Notes under the pieces: generated by a model
Told to the model about the DNA's origin: nothing
The model's database searches: none
The model's input: the letters and a program-made list of their open reading frames with translations, nothing else
NCBI GenBank assembly: GCA_037969175.1
Contig: JBBKWX010000105.1
Location: forward strand, 3,437 to 67,436
Length of the DNA stretch: 64,000 bases
Source of the DNA: Bacteroidia bacterium
GTDB lineage: Bacteria; Bacteroidota; Bacteroidia; AKYH767-A; JBBKVM01
Direction: 5' to 3'
Shown here: positions 20,437 to 29,764 of the stretch, one piece after another
Layout: each line of letters opens with the position of its first letter
Position numbering within the stretch: position 1 is the stretch's first letter
Program-made: the position numbers and the translations under genes

Positions 20437-22068
20437 TTAACTCAAATATTTAGCAACTATAGGCATTCTTCTTCCCATTCCAAAAGCTTTGGTCGTAACC
20501 CTCAATATGGGAGGAGTTTGATATCTCTTATATTCATTCACATTAACCATTCTTAAAATTCTCTTGACGAGAGATTCATCATATCCCATATCGATGATAT
20601 CTTTAGGACTTTGCGTCATTTCAATATATTGAAAAAGGATCTCATCAAGAATATCATATGGAGGTAATGAATCTGAATCTTTTTGATCTGGCCTAAGTTC
20701 CGCTGAAGGTGGTTTAGTTAATGTATTTTGAGGAATAATTTCAGCATCTCTATTTATGAAATTACAAAGTGAATACACTTTGGTTTTATAAAGATCCCCA
20801 ATAACACTAATGCCTCCACACATATCACCATACAAAGTTCCATACCCAACAGCTGCTTCACTTTTGTTGGAAGTGTTGAGTACTATGCTCCCAAATTTAT
20901 TGGAAAGCGCCATCAATATAACACCCCGAACCCTGGCCTGAATATTTTCTTCTGTAATATCAAAAGGCCGATCTCCAAACACGGGTTTAAGAGTATCAAG
21001 GAATGAATTGTAGACTTGATGTATTGGAATCAAATTTTGAATCGCGCCCAAGTTCTCAGCTAGTTTTTTCGCATCGTTTACAGAATGATCGCTGGAAAAC
21101 GGACTTGGCATCATTACTAATTTTACATTTTCAGGTCCAAGTGCTTTGCAAGCTAAAACCGCTACCAAAGCAGAGTCTATTCCACCTGACAGACCCAAAA
21201 TAGCTCTTTCAAAACCAAGTTTTCTAAAATAATCTTTGATACCAAGTACCAACCCATCATGAATCAATTCTATTTCTTCCGGATAATCTGAAATAGTTGG
21301 TAGCTCATTTATTTTTGAGAGGTCTATTGTCAGTGTTTTTTCTTTGAAATATTCAAGAGCTACTTTCTTTTTCCCATTCAGATCATAAATACAAGATCCC
21401 CCATCAAAAATAAGTTCAGTTTGTGCTCCAACATGGTTTACATAGATCAAGGGAATTTTATAATTCCTGGAATTTTCTGAAAGCACATGGTCTCTTTCAC
21501 GGGCTTGCTGATATGAAAAGGGTGAAGCGGCAATGTTGATCATAAGATCCGGTCTCTGCTGAATAAGCGTATCCATCGGACAATCTGTATACAACGGATT
21601 CTGATCGATATTCCAAAGATCTTCACAAATCGTTAGTGCTATTCTCTGACCTTTATACTCAATGATATTGTGTTCTTTACAAGGTTCAAAGTAACGGTAT
21701 TCATCAAAGATATCATAGGTTGGAAGCAGTGACTTATGCACTACATATTTGATCATGCCATCAGCACAAAAGAACGCTGAATTGAAAAGGTCTTTTCCTT
21801 CAATTTTAGGATTATGTGATGGGCTTCCCACGATAACAGCAATACCAATACATTCTTTAGCAAGTCGTTCGACGGTCTCCACACATTGGTCCACAAAATC
21901 ATCAAAATCAAGAAAATCTCTTGGTGGGTAACCTGAAACTGCTAGTTCCGGAAAAACAATTAGATCAGAATTTGATTCTTTTGCTTTATTGACCTGAGCA
22001 ATCATATTTTGAAGATTTCCCTCAAAATTTCCTACATGGCAATTGATCTGTGCTAAAGTGATTTTCAT
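20437..22068 (-). CDS. nadE: Glutamine-dependent NAD+ synthetase
   Basis: N-terminal CN-hydrolase domain (VFPELAVSGYPPRD) and C-terminal NAD synthetase domain (LGLSGGIDSALVA). Confidence 0.9.
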   Translation of the reverse strand: MKITLAQINCHVGNFEGNLQNMIAQVNKAKESNSDLIVFPELAVSGYPPRDFLDFDDFVDQCVETVERLAKECIGIAVIVGSPSHNPKIEGKDLFNSAFFCADGMIKYVVHKSLLPTYDIFDEYRYFEPCKEHNIIEYKGQRIALTICEDLWNIDQNPLYTDCPMDTLIQQRPDLMINIAASPFSYQQARERDHVLSENSRNYKIPLIYVNHVGAQTELIFDGGSCIYDLNGKKKVALEYFKEKTLTIDLSKINELPTISDYPEEIELIHDGLVLGIKDYFRKLGFERAILGLSGGIDSALVAVLACKALGPENVKLVMMPSPFSSDHSVNDAKKLAENLGAIQNLIPIHQVYNSFLDTLKPVFGDRPFDITEENIQARVRGVILMALSNKFGSIVLNTSNKSEAAVGYGTLYGDMCGGISVIGDLYKTKVYSLCNFINRDAEIIPQNTLTKPPSAELRPDQKDSDSLPPYDILDEILFQYIEMTQSPKDIIDMGYDESLVKRILRMVNVNEYKRYQTPPILRVTTKAFGMGRRMPIVAKYLS

Positions 22069-22120
22069 AAAAAAACCCGATCTATTTAGACCGGGTAAAG
22101 TTAGTTAAAAATGGGGTTGT

Positions 22121-22771
22121 CTAGAATAAGACTCCAACATTCAAAGCAATATAGTTAGCAATTGCTTTTCCTTGAAACCCATCCTTATCTTTTAAAACAT
22201 CAATGAAGCCATTATTGAAAGTTACTCCGGCAAGAATAGAGGTTGAACCGCCTAAAGAATATTCAGTACCTACAGATATCAGAAGTGAAATATTTACCGG
22301 GCTAATATCTTTTATGATATCATTGTCTTTAGCAACCGTTGTGGTATTGCCAATTTTCGTCTCATTGTCGGATCTGGCTTTGATCAAAACGCCTGGTGCA
22401 AAACCAAATTGAGCAAAATAGGTCATATACCCAATCTCATTGGTTTTCATCTTCATGGTCAAAGGGATCTCAACGTATTGGAGTGTCAAATCACTGATTG
22501 AAGAAGTTGTATCATTGGTCACAAATTTCAAACTTCCACCTCTGTAAGTAATGTCAAGGCCAGTGGCAAATGCATAATTATCAGTAAAATTAAAATCTGT
22601 CATTATTCCATAGGAAAAGCCTAATTTTGAGCCATTGCCTTCTATACCTTTAGTATCCGGTTTTAACCATGCCAAAGCAGGCGCTACTTTGAGCCCAAAG
22701 CGGAAATCCTGAGCAACTGTATGTGCACAAAATGCTAAACCTATTATCAGTGTAATTCCTAATTTTTTCAT
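22121..22771 (-). CDS. Outer-membrane beta-barrel protein (PorT/OmpA-like family)
   Basis: Start trimmed to MKKLGITLIIGLAFCAHTVAQ (signal peptide); beta-barrel pattern; C-terminus ends ...VGVLF. Confidence 0.6.
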   Translation of the reverse strand: MKKLGITLIIGLAFCAHTVAQDFRFGLKVAPALAWLKPDTKGIEGNGSKLGFSYGIMTDFNFTDNYAFATGLDITYRGGSLKFVTNDTTSSISDLTLQYVEIPLTMKMKTNEIGYMTYFAQFGFAPGVLIKARSDNETKIGNTTTVAKDNDIIKDISPVNISLLISVGTEYSLGGSTSILAGVTFNNGFIDVLKDKDGFQGKAIANYIALNVGVLF

Positions 22772-22772
22772 A

Positions 22773-23825
22773 ATGTTCCCGTTTATATTCACAATGATAA
22801 AGAAAATTAATGAGCGGCCAAAGGCAGTAGTTATTAGTTCTTTATTTTTTCTTTTGATACTTTCTTGCCAATCCGACAAATTTAAAGTTGATGTTTCCGA
22901 AATTCAAGTAGACTCAAAGATCTCCAGGCTTGATTTGGATATTTCAGAATATACAGAAAAAAATTCTAATTCCGGATATGATGATCTAAGATCAAAATAT
23001 GGTGCTTTCTTTGATCTGTACGTGAAATTTATAATCGGAATTGGTGAACCGGATCATCCTGCAACTCCTGAAAGGTTTCAACAATTCCTGAATGATCAGG
23101 GAATAAAGGATGTTATGGCAGCGACTTCAGAAAAATTCAAAGATCTTGATCAACTGGAAGCTGAGCTTGAATTAGCTTTAAAACATTATGCACATTATTT
23201 CCCACATAATGTCGTACCTAAGCCAATTGCATTTATTTCAGGATTAAATTATGCAATAATTACAACTGACAGTACCCTGGGAATTGGACTTGATATGTAT
23301 TTGGGTCCTGATTTTAAAGCTTACGAAAGTATAGGTTTGCCCAAATATAAGATCAATAAAATGATAGCCGAAAATATCGCCGTTGATTGTGTAAAAGGGA
23401 TGGCTCAAAGCGAATGGCAACAAGATACTGTTCCCAGAGAATTTTTAAGTCAAATGATCTATCAAGGCAAAATGTATTATTTTATAAAATCGATGTTGCC
23501 TGAGAAAAGCGATGATGATGTAATACAATTTAGTGCGGGTCAACTCGATTGGTGTAAGCAAAATGAAGCTATGATCTGGTCATTTTTTATTGAGAATAAT
23601 TTACTTTATTCAACGGATGCAATAGAATTTTTAAAGTTTATTAATGATGGTCCTTCTACCAATGGATTCCCGGCAGAAGCTCCTCCCATCCTTGGTTCCT
23701 GGATAGGATGGCAGATAGTAAAAGCCTACATGAATAATTCACCTGAAGTAAGTTTGACAGGATTGATGAATGAAGCTGACACACAAAAAATACTACGAAT
23801 TTCTAAATACAAACCCTCTAAATAA
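22773..23825 (+). CDS. gldB: Gliding-motility lipoprotein GldB (candidate)
   Basis: Lipoprotein signal (LLILSC) and about 340 aa. The nadE / gldB / gldC neighbourhood matches the arrangement described for Flavobacterium johnsoniae. The start is probably the internal MIKK at 22794. Confidence 0.55.
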   Translation: MFPFIFTMIKKINERPKAVVISSLFFLLILSCQSDKFKVDVSEIQVDSKISRLDLDISEYTEKNSNSGYDDLRSKYGAFFDLYVKFIIGIGEPDHPATPERFQQFLNDQGIKDVMAATSEKFKDLDQLEAELELALKHYAHYFPHNVVPKPIAFISGLNYAIITTDSTLGIGLDMYLGPDFKAYESIGLPKYKINKMIAENIAVDCVKGMAQSEWQQDTVPREFLSQMIYQGKMYYFIKSMLPEKSDDDVIQFSAGQLDWCKQNEAMIWSFFIENNLLYSTDAIEFLKFINDGPSTNGFPAEAPPILGSWIGWQIVKAYMNNSPEVSLTGLMNEADTQKILRISKYKPSK

Positions 23826-23827
23826 TA

Positions 23828-24172
23828 ATGGATAACACAAAATTACACAAATCGAATATAACACTTCATGTTGAACTCGATGAGACCAAAACACCTGAGA
23901 CCTTATCATGGGAAGCCCCTGATTCCGGAGTAGAAGGATTAAAGTCCTGCGATGGTGCATTGCTTACTTTCTGGGACAGTAAAACAACAAGTTCTTACAG
24001 AATAGATCTTTGGACAAAAAAGATGCGTATTGATGACATGCAAAGATTTATTTATGAAAATCTAATGTCGATGGCAGATACCCTTGAGCGAGCCACATCA
24101 GATGCAGAATCAGCAAAAGAATTGAGAAATTTCAGTAATGATCTTATCAAAAAAATAAGAGCCAGGCAGTAA
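23828..24172 (+). CDS. gldC: Gliding-motility-associated protein GldC (candidate)
   Basis: 114-aa cytoplasmic protein immediately downstream of the gldB candidate. Confidence 0.5.
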   Translation: MDNTKLHKSNITLHVELDETKTPETLSWEAPDSGVEGLKSCDGALLTFWDSKTTSSYRIDLWTKKMRIDDMQRFIYENLMSMADTLERATSDAESAKELRNFSNDLIKKIRARQ

Positions 24173-24174
24173 AA

Positions 24175-24789
24175 TTACTTTTTGAAGATCGTAGAGCAAC
24201 TGGAAATATATTCCAATAATTCATCGCGGCCTGCTCCTTTTTCCGCGGATGTCAGGATATAAGGGGGCATCTCTTCCCATTCCTGCATTACTTTCCTTTT
24301 GAAGGCTGCAACTGAAGCACTCGTTTTATTGGTGGTTTGCTTATCACATTTTGTGAAGGTGATCATGAAAGGGATACCATTTTCTCCTAGCCATCTCATG
24401 AATTCCAGGTCATTAGCTTGTGCTTCCAGCCTTGAGTCAATCAGAATAAAAACATTGATCAAATTTGTCCGGCCTCTAAGGTATTCACGCAAGTTATGCC
24501 CCCATGTCTCTCGCTCAGTTTTCGATACTTTTGCATAGCCATATCCCGGAAGATCAACCAAATACCAGACATCATCCACTACATAGTGATTTAAAAGTCG
24601 GGTCTTTCCGGGAGTACCTGAGGTTTTAGCTAAACCTTTAATGCCGGTAAGCATGTTGATAAGGGAAGATTTTCCAACATTAGACCTGCCAATAAAAGCA
24701 AATTCTGCTTTATCTGCAGGTGGACAATCCTTTAGACCTTTACTACTTTTTAAGAATTCTGTAATCATTATGGGTGTTTTGCCAACCAA
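24175..24789 (-). CDS. engB: Ribosome biogenesis GTP-binding protein YihA/YsxC
   Basis: GRSNVGKSSLIN G1 motif and DLPGYG G3 motif. Confidence 0.88.
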   Translation of the reverse strand: MVGKTPIMITEFLKSSKGLKDCPPADKAEFAFIGRSNVGKSSLINMLTGIKGLAKTSGTPGKTRLLNHYVVDDVWYLVDLPGYGYAKVSKTERETWGHNLREYLRGRTNLINVFILIDSRLEAQANDLEFMRWLGENGIPFMITFTKCDKQTTNKTSASVAAFKRKVMQEWEEMPPYILTSAEKGAGRDELLEYISSCSTIFKK

Positions 24790-25526
24790 GAGCTCAAAAG
24801 ATCATTGAACTCTATCGGTTTTTCCATCATAGGTGCATGACCACATTGATCAATTATATTCAATTCAGAATTACCAATAAGTCGTTTAAACTCTTCCCCA
24901 ACTTCCGGAGGTGTGATGGTGTCATTCTTGCCCCAAATAAGACAGGTTGGCTGTTTTATTTTGGAGATCTCATCTGCCATATTATGTCTGATAGCTGATT
25001 TCGCCAAAGCAAGAATACGTATCAGTTTGTGTTTATTATTTACAATCTCAAATACCTCATCTACAAGTTCTTTTGATGCTGACTTGGGGTCATAAAATGT
25101 CAACTCGACCTTATTTTTTATGAAATCATAATCTTCCCTTCTTGGAAATGATCCTCCCATTGCATTTTCGTACAAACCACTACTACCGGTGAGTATCAAA
25201 TGTTTTACATTCTCAGGATGGCGGCTTAGGTAAACTAAAGCAACATGTCCTCCCAGACTATTACCAATCAAAGAAAAATCTTCCAGTTTTATGTACTGGA
25301 CGAAATCATGAACAAATTCAGCAAGTGATTTTACTCCTGTTGAGATCACAGGCATATCATAAATAGGCATCATAGGGATAATGACACGGTATTCAGTTTT
25401 AAATCTCTCAATGACATCCATCCAATTACTCAATGCTCCAAATAATCCATGCAGCAATACAAGGGGATGCCCCTCTCCTTCATCAATATAAGTATATCCG
25501 TCTGCCTTCTTGAGTTCGTATTCCAT
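24768..25526 (-). CDS. Alpha/beta-fold hydrolase
   Basis: HPLVLLHGLFG and GNSLGG nucleophile elbow. Confidence 0.75.
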   Translation of the reverse strand: MEYELKKADGYTYIDEGEGHPLVLLHGLFGALSNWMDVIERFKTEYRVIIPMMPIYDMPVISTGVKSLAEFVHDFVQYIKLEDFSLIGNSLGGHVALVYLSRHPENVKHLILTGSSGLYENAMGGSFPRREDYDFIKNKVELTFYDPKSASKELVDEVFEIVNNKHKLIRILALAKSAIRHNMADEISKIKQPTCLIWGKNDTITPPEVGEEFKRLIGNSELNIIDQCGHAPMMEKPIEFNDLLSSWLAKHP

Positions 25527-25845
25527 AAAATCAGTTTTGCCAAAAATACCATTTTTCCTTTTAGGGATTCAATTTTAGATCGATCTCCGAATGAAATAAT
25601 ATTTGAGTTCATTTCTCAATTTATTTGGACACGGATTCAAATCCTCCCACTTACCCTTTAAATCAGAAAACAACAGAATTGAGCAAGATCTATAAGCACT
25701 GGTTTTCTGATGTTTATGGAATTTTCCAAAACTCTTCTTTTTGTCAATTTCCTCAATTCCCGACCCAAAAGCCCAATCATTATTCGCTGTTTATCAATGA
25801 TTTATATCGATAATAAAATTTTGGACCCCAAAAGTTATCAACAAA

Positions 25846-25870
25846 GTGGTAAAAAGTGGGAGTTTGTGGG
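25846..25870 (+). promoter_or_regulatory. Three direct repeats GTGGT / GTGGG / GTGGG at exact 10-bp phasing, a candidate MraZ operator
   Basis: aaaGTGGTaaaaaGTGGGagtttGTGGGaaatttttgcataatttta lies about 45 nt upstream of the mraZ ATG. Confidence 0.6.
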
Positions 25871-25915
25871 AAATTTTTGCATAATTTTACGGTCGTAAAG
25901 CGGAAAACCACGTCC

Positions 25916-26392
25916 ATGGCCAACTTCTTAGGAGAATTCGAATGCAAGATGGACTCGAAAGGCAGAATAATGTTGCCCTCGAGTCTAAAAAAGCAGCTTT
26001 CACCAGCAGCGCAGGAGAAGTTTGTCATGAACAGAGGGTTTGAAAAGTGTCTGGTTTTATATCCTCAGGATGAATGGCAGAAGATCAGTGAAGAGGTAAA
26101 CCAGCTGAATCTGTACAACAGAAAGAACAGAGAGTTTGTGCGATACTTCTACAGAGGTGCAACTGAAATGGGTCTTGACAACAATTCTCGTTTGCTCTTC
26201 CCAAAACGCTTATTGGAATATGCCGGGATCACGAAAGAATTGATCCTTTTCGCGTATTCAAACAGAATAGAAGTTTGGGATAAGAATACTTACGAAAATC
26301 TATTGGGTAATGAGCCGGATGATTTCGCACAGCTGGCTGAGGAAGTAATGGGTAAAAACCGTTCAGAGAAAAACAATGACGATGTATCATGA
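25916..26392 (+). CDS. mraZ: Transcriptional regulator MraZ
   Basis: MANFLGEFECKMDSKGRIMLPS is the first SpoVT/AbrB-like half and LLFPKRLLEYAGI the second. Start trimmed from the ORF track. Confidence 0.9.
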   Translation: MANFLGEFECKMDSKGRIMLPSSLKKQLSPAAQEKFVMNRGFEKCLVLYPQDEWQKISEEVNQLNLYNRKNREFVRYFYRGATEMGLDNNSRLLFPKRLLEYAGITKELILFAYSNRIEVWDKNTYENLLGNEPDDFAQLAEEVMGKNRSEKNNDDVS

Positions 26393-27278
26393 CCCTGTCC
26401 TGCTGAATGAGTGCATGGAAGCGCTTGACATAAAATCCGGTGGGACATATGTAGATGTGACATTTGGTGGAGGTGGGCACTCGAAGAAGATACTGGAGAA
26501 ATTAAGTGGAGGGAAATTATTTGGATTCGATCAGGATCCCGATGCTATTGAGAATATGATACAAGAACCGGGCTTTACACTTATCAAACAGAATTTCAGG
26601 CATATGAAGCGCTTCTTGCGTTTTCATAATGCGGTTCCGGTTGATGGCATACTGGCTGACCTGGGTATCTCTTCTCATCAAATAGATACACCGGAGCGTG
26701 GTTTCTCAACAAGATTTGATGCAGACTTAGATATGCGGATGGATCAGGGAAGTGGAAAGAGTGCTGCAGATATTTTAAATACGTATTCAGTGACTCAATT
26801 ACAGGAAATATTTTCTGCATATGGCGAAGTGAGAAATGCAAAAAGCCTGGCTCAACTCATAGTAAAAGCAAGAGTTGAAAAACCCTTCTCAACAATTGAA
26901 GAATTCAAAAAAACTATTGCCGGTCTGGTTCCAAAAAAAATTGAACATAAATATTTAGCACAGGTATTTCAAGCTCTTCGAATAGAAGTAAACGATGAGA
27001 TGGCAGCATTGAAAGATCTGCTTACACAAAGTGCTGAAGTATTGGCAAAAGGAGGCAGACTAGCGGTGATCTCTTATCACAGTCTTGAAGATAGGTTGGT
27101 AAAGAATTTCATTTTAAAAGGGCAATTCGAAGGAGAACCTGAGAAGGACATTTATGGGAATATTCCTGATTTGCCATTTACTGCAGTTTCAAGAAAACCA
27201 ATAATTCCAACGGAAGCTGAGCTGAAAAGAAATACAAGATCCAGAAGTGCTAAACTAAGAATAGCTGAAAAAAGATGA
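26376..27278 (+). CDS. rsmH: 16S rRNA (cytosine1402-N4)-methyltransferase RsmH (MraW)
   Basis: HDPVLLNE...YVDVTFGGGGHS. Confidence 0.93.
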   Translation: MTMYHDPVLLNECMEALDIKSGGTYVDVTFGGGGHSKKILEKLSGGKLFGFDQDPDAIENMIQEPGFTLIKQNFRHMKRFLRFHNAVPVDGILADLGISSHQIDTPERGFSTRFDADLDMRMDQGSGKSAADILNTYSVTQLQEIFSAYGEVRNAKSLAQLIVKARVEKPFSTIEEFKKTIAGLVPKKIEHKYLAQVFQALRIEVNDEMAALKDLLTQSAEVLAKGGRLAVISYHSLEDRLVKNFILKGQFEGEPEKDIYGNIPDLPFTAVSRKPIIPTEAELKRNTRSRSAKLRIAEKR

Positions 27279-27664
27279 GCGGGGGGAATCAATTCAGAGA
27301 AAAAGAAAAGGTTGAAGCCCGAGAGCAAAAAGCCAAATCCGAAAGATTTAAAAATCTAAGGATCGCAATTAATCCGGCAGGCTTGCTTGATAAAGACGTA
27401 GTAGTAAGATTGATGCCATTCATCGTCTTCTGGGTATTTCTTGCGATCATCTATATCGCAAATAGTTATTACGCAGAAAAAACGATCCGGGAGTTGGATG
27501 CCATGAACAAAGAACTGAAAGAATTGAGATCCGAATACATTTCAACAAAATCAGAATTGATGTTCAGGTCGAAGCAAAGTGAAGTTGCAAAAGATGTAGA
27601 AATACTTGGAGTGAAAGAAGCTACTACTCCACCAAGAAAAATAATTGTAAAAAAAGAAGATTAA
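27275..27664 (+). CDS. ftsL: Cell division protein FtsL-like (bitopic, coiled coil)
   Basis: 129 aa with a single transmembrane segment and a coiled coil, positioned between rsmH and ftsI. Confidence 0.65.
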   Translation: MSGGNQFREKEKVEAREQKAKSERFKNLRIAINPAGLLDKDVVVRLMPFIVFWVFLAIIYIANSYYAEKTIRELDAMNKELKELRSEYISTKSELMFRSKQSEVAKDVEILGVKEATTPPRKIIVKKED

Positions 27665-29764
27665 TTGGACGCCCGTAAAGACATAATGTGGAGAGTTTAT
27701 TTGATCTATGGTATCATGGTGTTGTTTGCACTTGCTATCATAGGGCAGATAATTCGTTTGCAATTTATTGAGGGTGATTATTGGGTAGCGAAAGCAGATA
27801 GTCTACAAACAGATTATAAAAAAATAGATGCTGTAAGAGGAAATATTTTCGCAGCAGATGGAAGCCTTCTCGCAACATCGGTGCCGATCTTTGATATCCG
27901 CATGGATACACATGCAAATGGTTTAAGCAATGAAGTTTTCAATAAGCAGGTTGATTCACTAGCACTTGCTTTGTCAATGCTTTTCAAAGATAAAAGCAAG
28001 ACCGAATATCGCAGAGAATTAAGAGAAGCTCGAAGAGACAAAAACAAATATTTGCTAATACAGAAGAATGCAAATTTTGTTGAAGTAAAAAAACTCAGAA
28101 ACTTTCCAATATTCAGAATGGGAAGATATAAAGGCGGACTCATTCTGGTTCCAAAAAACAAGAGAGAAGTACCATTCCGATTATTGGCCAGACGTACCAT
28201 TGGATATGACCGTGATGGTATCCAACCTGTGGGCATTGAAGGTGCATATAATCAATTCCTCGAAGGCACGAGTGGTAAAAGACTGATGCAAAAGATCAGT
28301 GGTGGTGTTTGGAAACCGATCAATGATGAAAACGAAATTGAGCCAAAAGACGGTGACGATATTATAACTACGATTGATATAAATATCCAGGATGTAGCGC
28401 AAAATGCATTGATGACACAACTTGTCAAACACAACGCAAACAAAGGTTGTGTGGTATTGATGGAAGTGAAGACCGGTGAGATAAAAGCAATCGCAAATCT
28501 TGCCAAGAACAATGCAGGAAATTATGATGAGATATATAATCATGCAATAGGAGAAAGTACCGAGCCGGGTTCAACTTTCAAATTGGCTTCCCTCATGATC
28601 GCACTTGAGGATAAACTCATCGACATTACAGATAGCGTTGATACAGAAAATGGAACTTTTCGTTTTGCGGATCAAATAATGAGAGATTCAAAAGAAGGAG
28701 GTTATGGTAAGATAACTGTTCAACAAGCTTTTGAATATTCTTCCAATGTTGCCATTTCCAAATTACTTACTCAGAGTTATGCAAAAAATCCGGGAAGATT
28801 TTCTGAACGATTAAAAGAAGTTGGTTTGGATAAACCATTGGGTCTTCAAATAGCCGGTGAAACCAATCCAACAATAAAAAGTGCATCTGATAAAAGTTGG
28901 TCGAGAGTAACATTACCCTGGATGAGTATTGGTTATGAAGTACAAATGACCCCGCTTCAAGTTTTGGCTTTATACAATGCAGTTGCCAACGATGGAGTGA
29001 TGGTAAAACCAATGCTTGTAAAGGAGGTTCAAACCCGCGGGAAAGTAATAAAGAAATTTGATACAACTGTGTTGAATCCGTCAATATGTTCAATGGAGAC
29101 CATCAAGAAATTAAAAATAATGATGGAAGGAGTTGTTGAACGCGGCACGGCCCAAAATCTAAAAAATGCAGAATTTAAAATTGCCGGTAAAACAGGAACT
29201 GCACAAATAGCCTCCGGTAAACTGGGGTATAAAGTAAAAAGTTATCAAGCATCATTTGCCGGATATTTCCCTGCGGAAAATCCACTTTATTCCTGCATTG
29301 TTGTTGTTTACGCTCCTTCAAATTCAGTCTATTACGGTAACCTGGTTGCAGGACCCATCTTCAAAGAGATCGCAGATAAAGTGTATTCGACACGAATAGA
29401 TATGCATAAGGAAATTGAACCGGTTCAATTTATTGCGAACGAAGATCTGCCAAACACCAAATCAGGATATAAAAAACCACTTGATATTATCTACAAAACA
29501 TTGGGTTACCATTCACTTGTAAACGCAACAACGGAATGGGTGAGTGCTTCCAGAAGAGACACCGTAATAGAGATCAACGATAGAACTTTGATTCGTGGTT
29601 TAGTACCAAATGTAATTGGTATGGGATTAAGAGATGCAATCTATATTCTTGAATCTGCCGGTTTGCAAGTTAACCCGAATGGCAGAGGAATGGTTACACG
29701 ACAAAGTCTTAGTCCGGGACAAAGAATAATTAAAGGAGATAAAATTCTGATAGAATTAAGCTAA
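27665..29764 (+). CDS. ftsI: Penicillin-binding protein 3 / FtsI transpeptidase with C-terminal PASTA domain
   Basis: N-terminal transmembrane segment, dimerisation domain, STFK active site, KTGTA motif, C-terminal PASTA. Confidence 0.9.
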   Translation: MDARKDIMWRVYLIYGIMVLFALAIIGQIIRLQFIEGDYWVAKADSLQTDYKKIDAVRGNIFAADGSLLATSVPIFDIRMDTHANGLSNEVFNKQVDSLALALSMLFKDKSKTEYRRELREARRDKNKYLLIQKNANFVEVKKLRNFPIFRMGRYKGGLILVPKNKREVPFRLLARRTIGYDRDGIQPVGIEGAYNQFLEGTSGKRLMQKISGGVWKPINDENEIEPKDGDDIITTIDINIQDVAQNALMTQLVKHNANKGCVVLMEVKTGEIKAIANLAKNNAGNYDEIYNHAIGESTEPGSTFKLASLMIALEDKLIDITDSVDTENGTFRFADQIMRDSKEGGYGKITVQQAFEYSSNVAISKLLTQSYAKNPGRFSERLKEVGLDKPLGLQIAGETNPTIKSASDKSWSRVTLPWMSIGYEVQMTPLQVLALYNAVANDGVMVKPMLVKEVQTRGKVIKKFDTTVLNPSICSMETIKKLKIMMEGVVERGTAQNLKNAEFKIAGKTGTAQIASGKLGYKVKSYQASFAGYFPAENPLYSCIVVVYAPSNSVYYGNLVAGPIFKEIADKVYSTRIDMHKEIEPVQFIANEDLPNTKSGYKKPLDIIYKTLGYHSLVNATTEWVSASRRDTVIEINDRTLIRGLVPNVIGMGLRDAIYILESAGLQVNPNGRGMVTRQSLSPGQRIIKGDKILIELS

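Noticed and set aside
22772-22879. N-terminal extensions in the ORF track (22121-22879 from MSDWQ...; 25856 from MGVCGK...; 49685 from MPLFF...)
   Set aside because: In each case a canonical signal peptide or the conserved protein N-terminus begins at an internal Met, and the upstream extension overlaps a neighbouring gene or RNA element. Coordinates were trimmed accordingly.
25527-25915. Small ORFs (25625-25813, 25710-25898, 25780-26028) in the 390-bp mraZ leader; also considered a possible ncRNA
   Set aside because: The translations are low-complexity with no recognisable domain, and they overlap each other in different frames. The region is better explained as the regulatory leader of the division/cell-wall cluster (MraZ repeats plus promoter). 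No stable conserved RNA structure was evident by eye.
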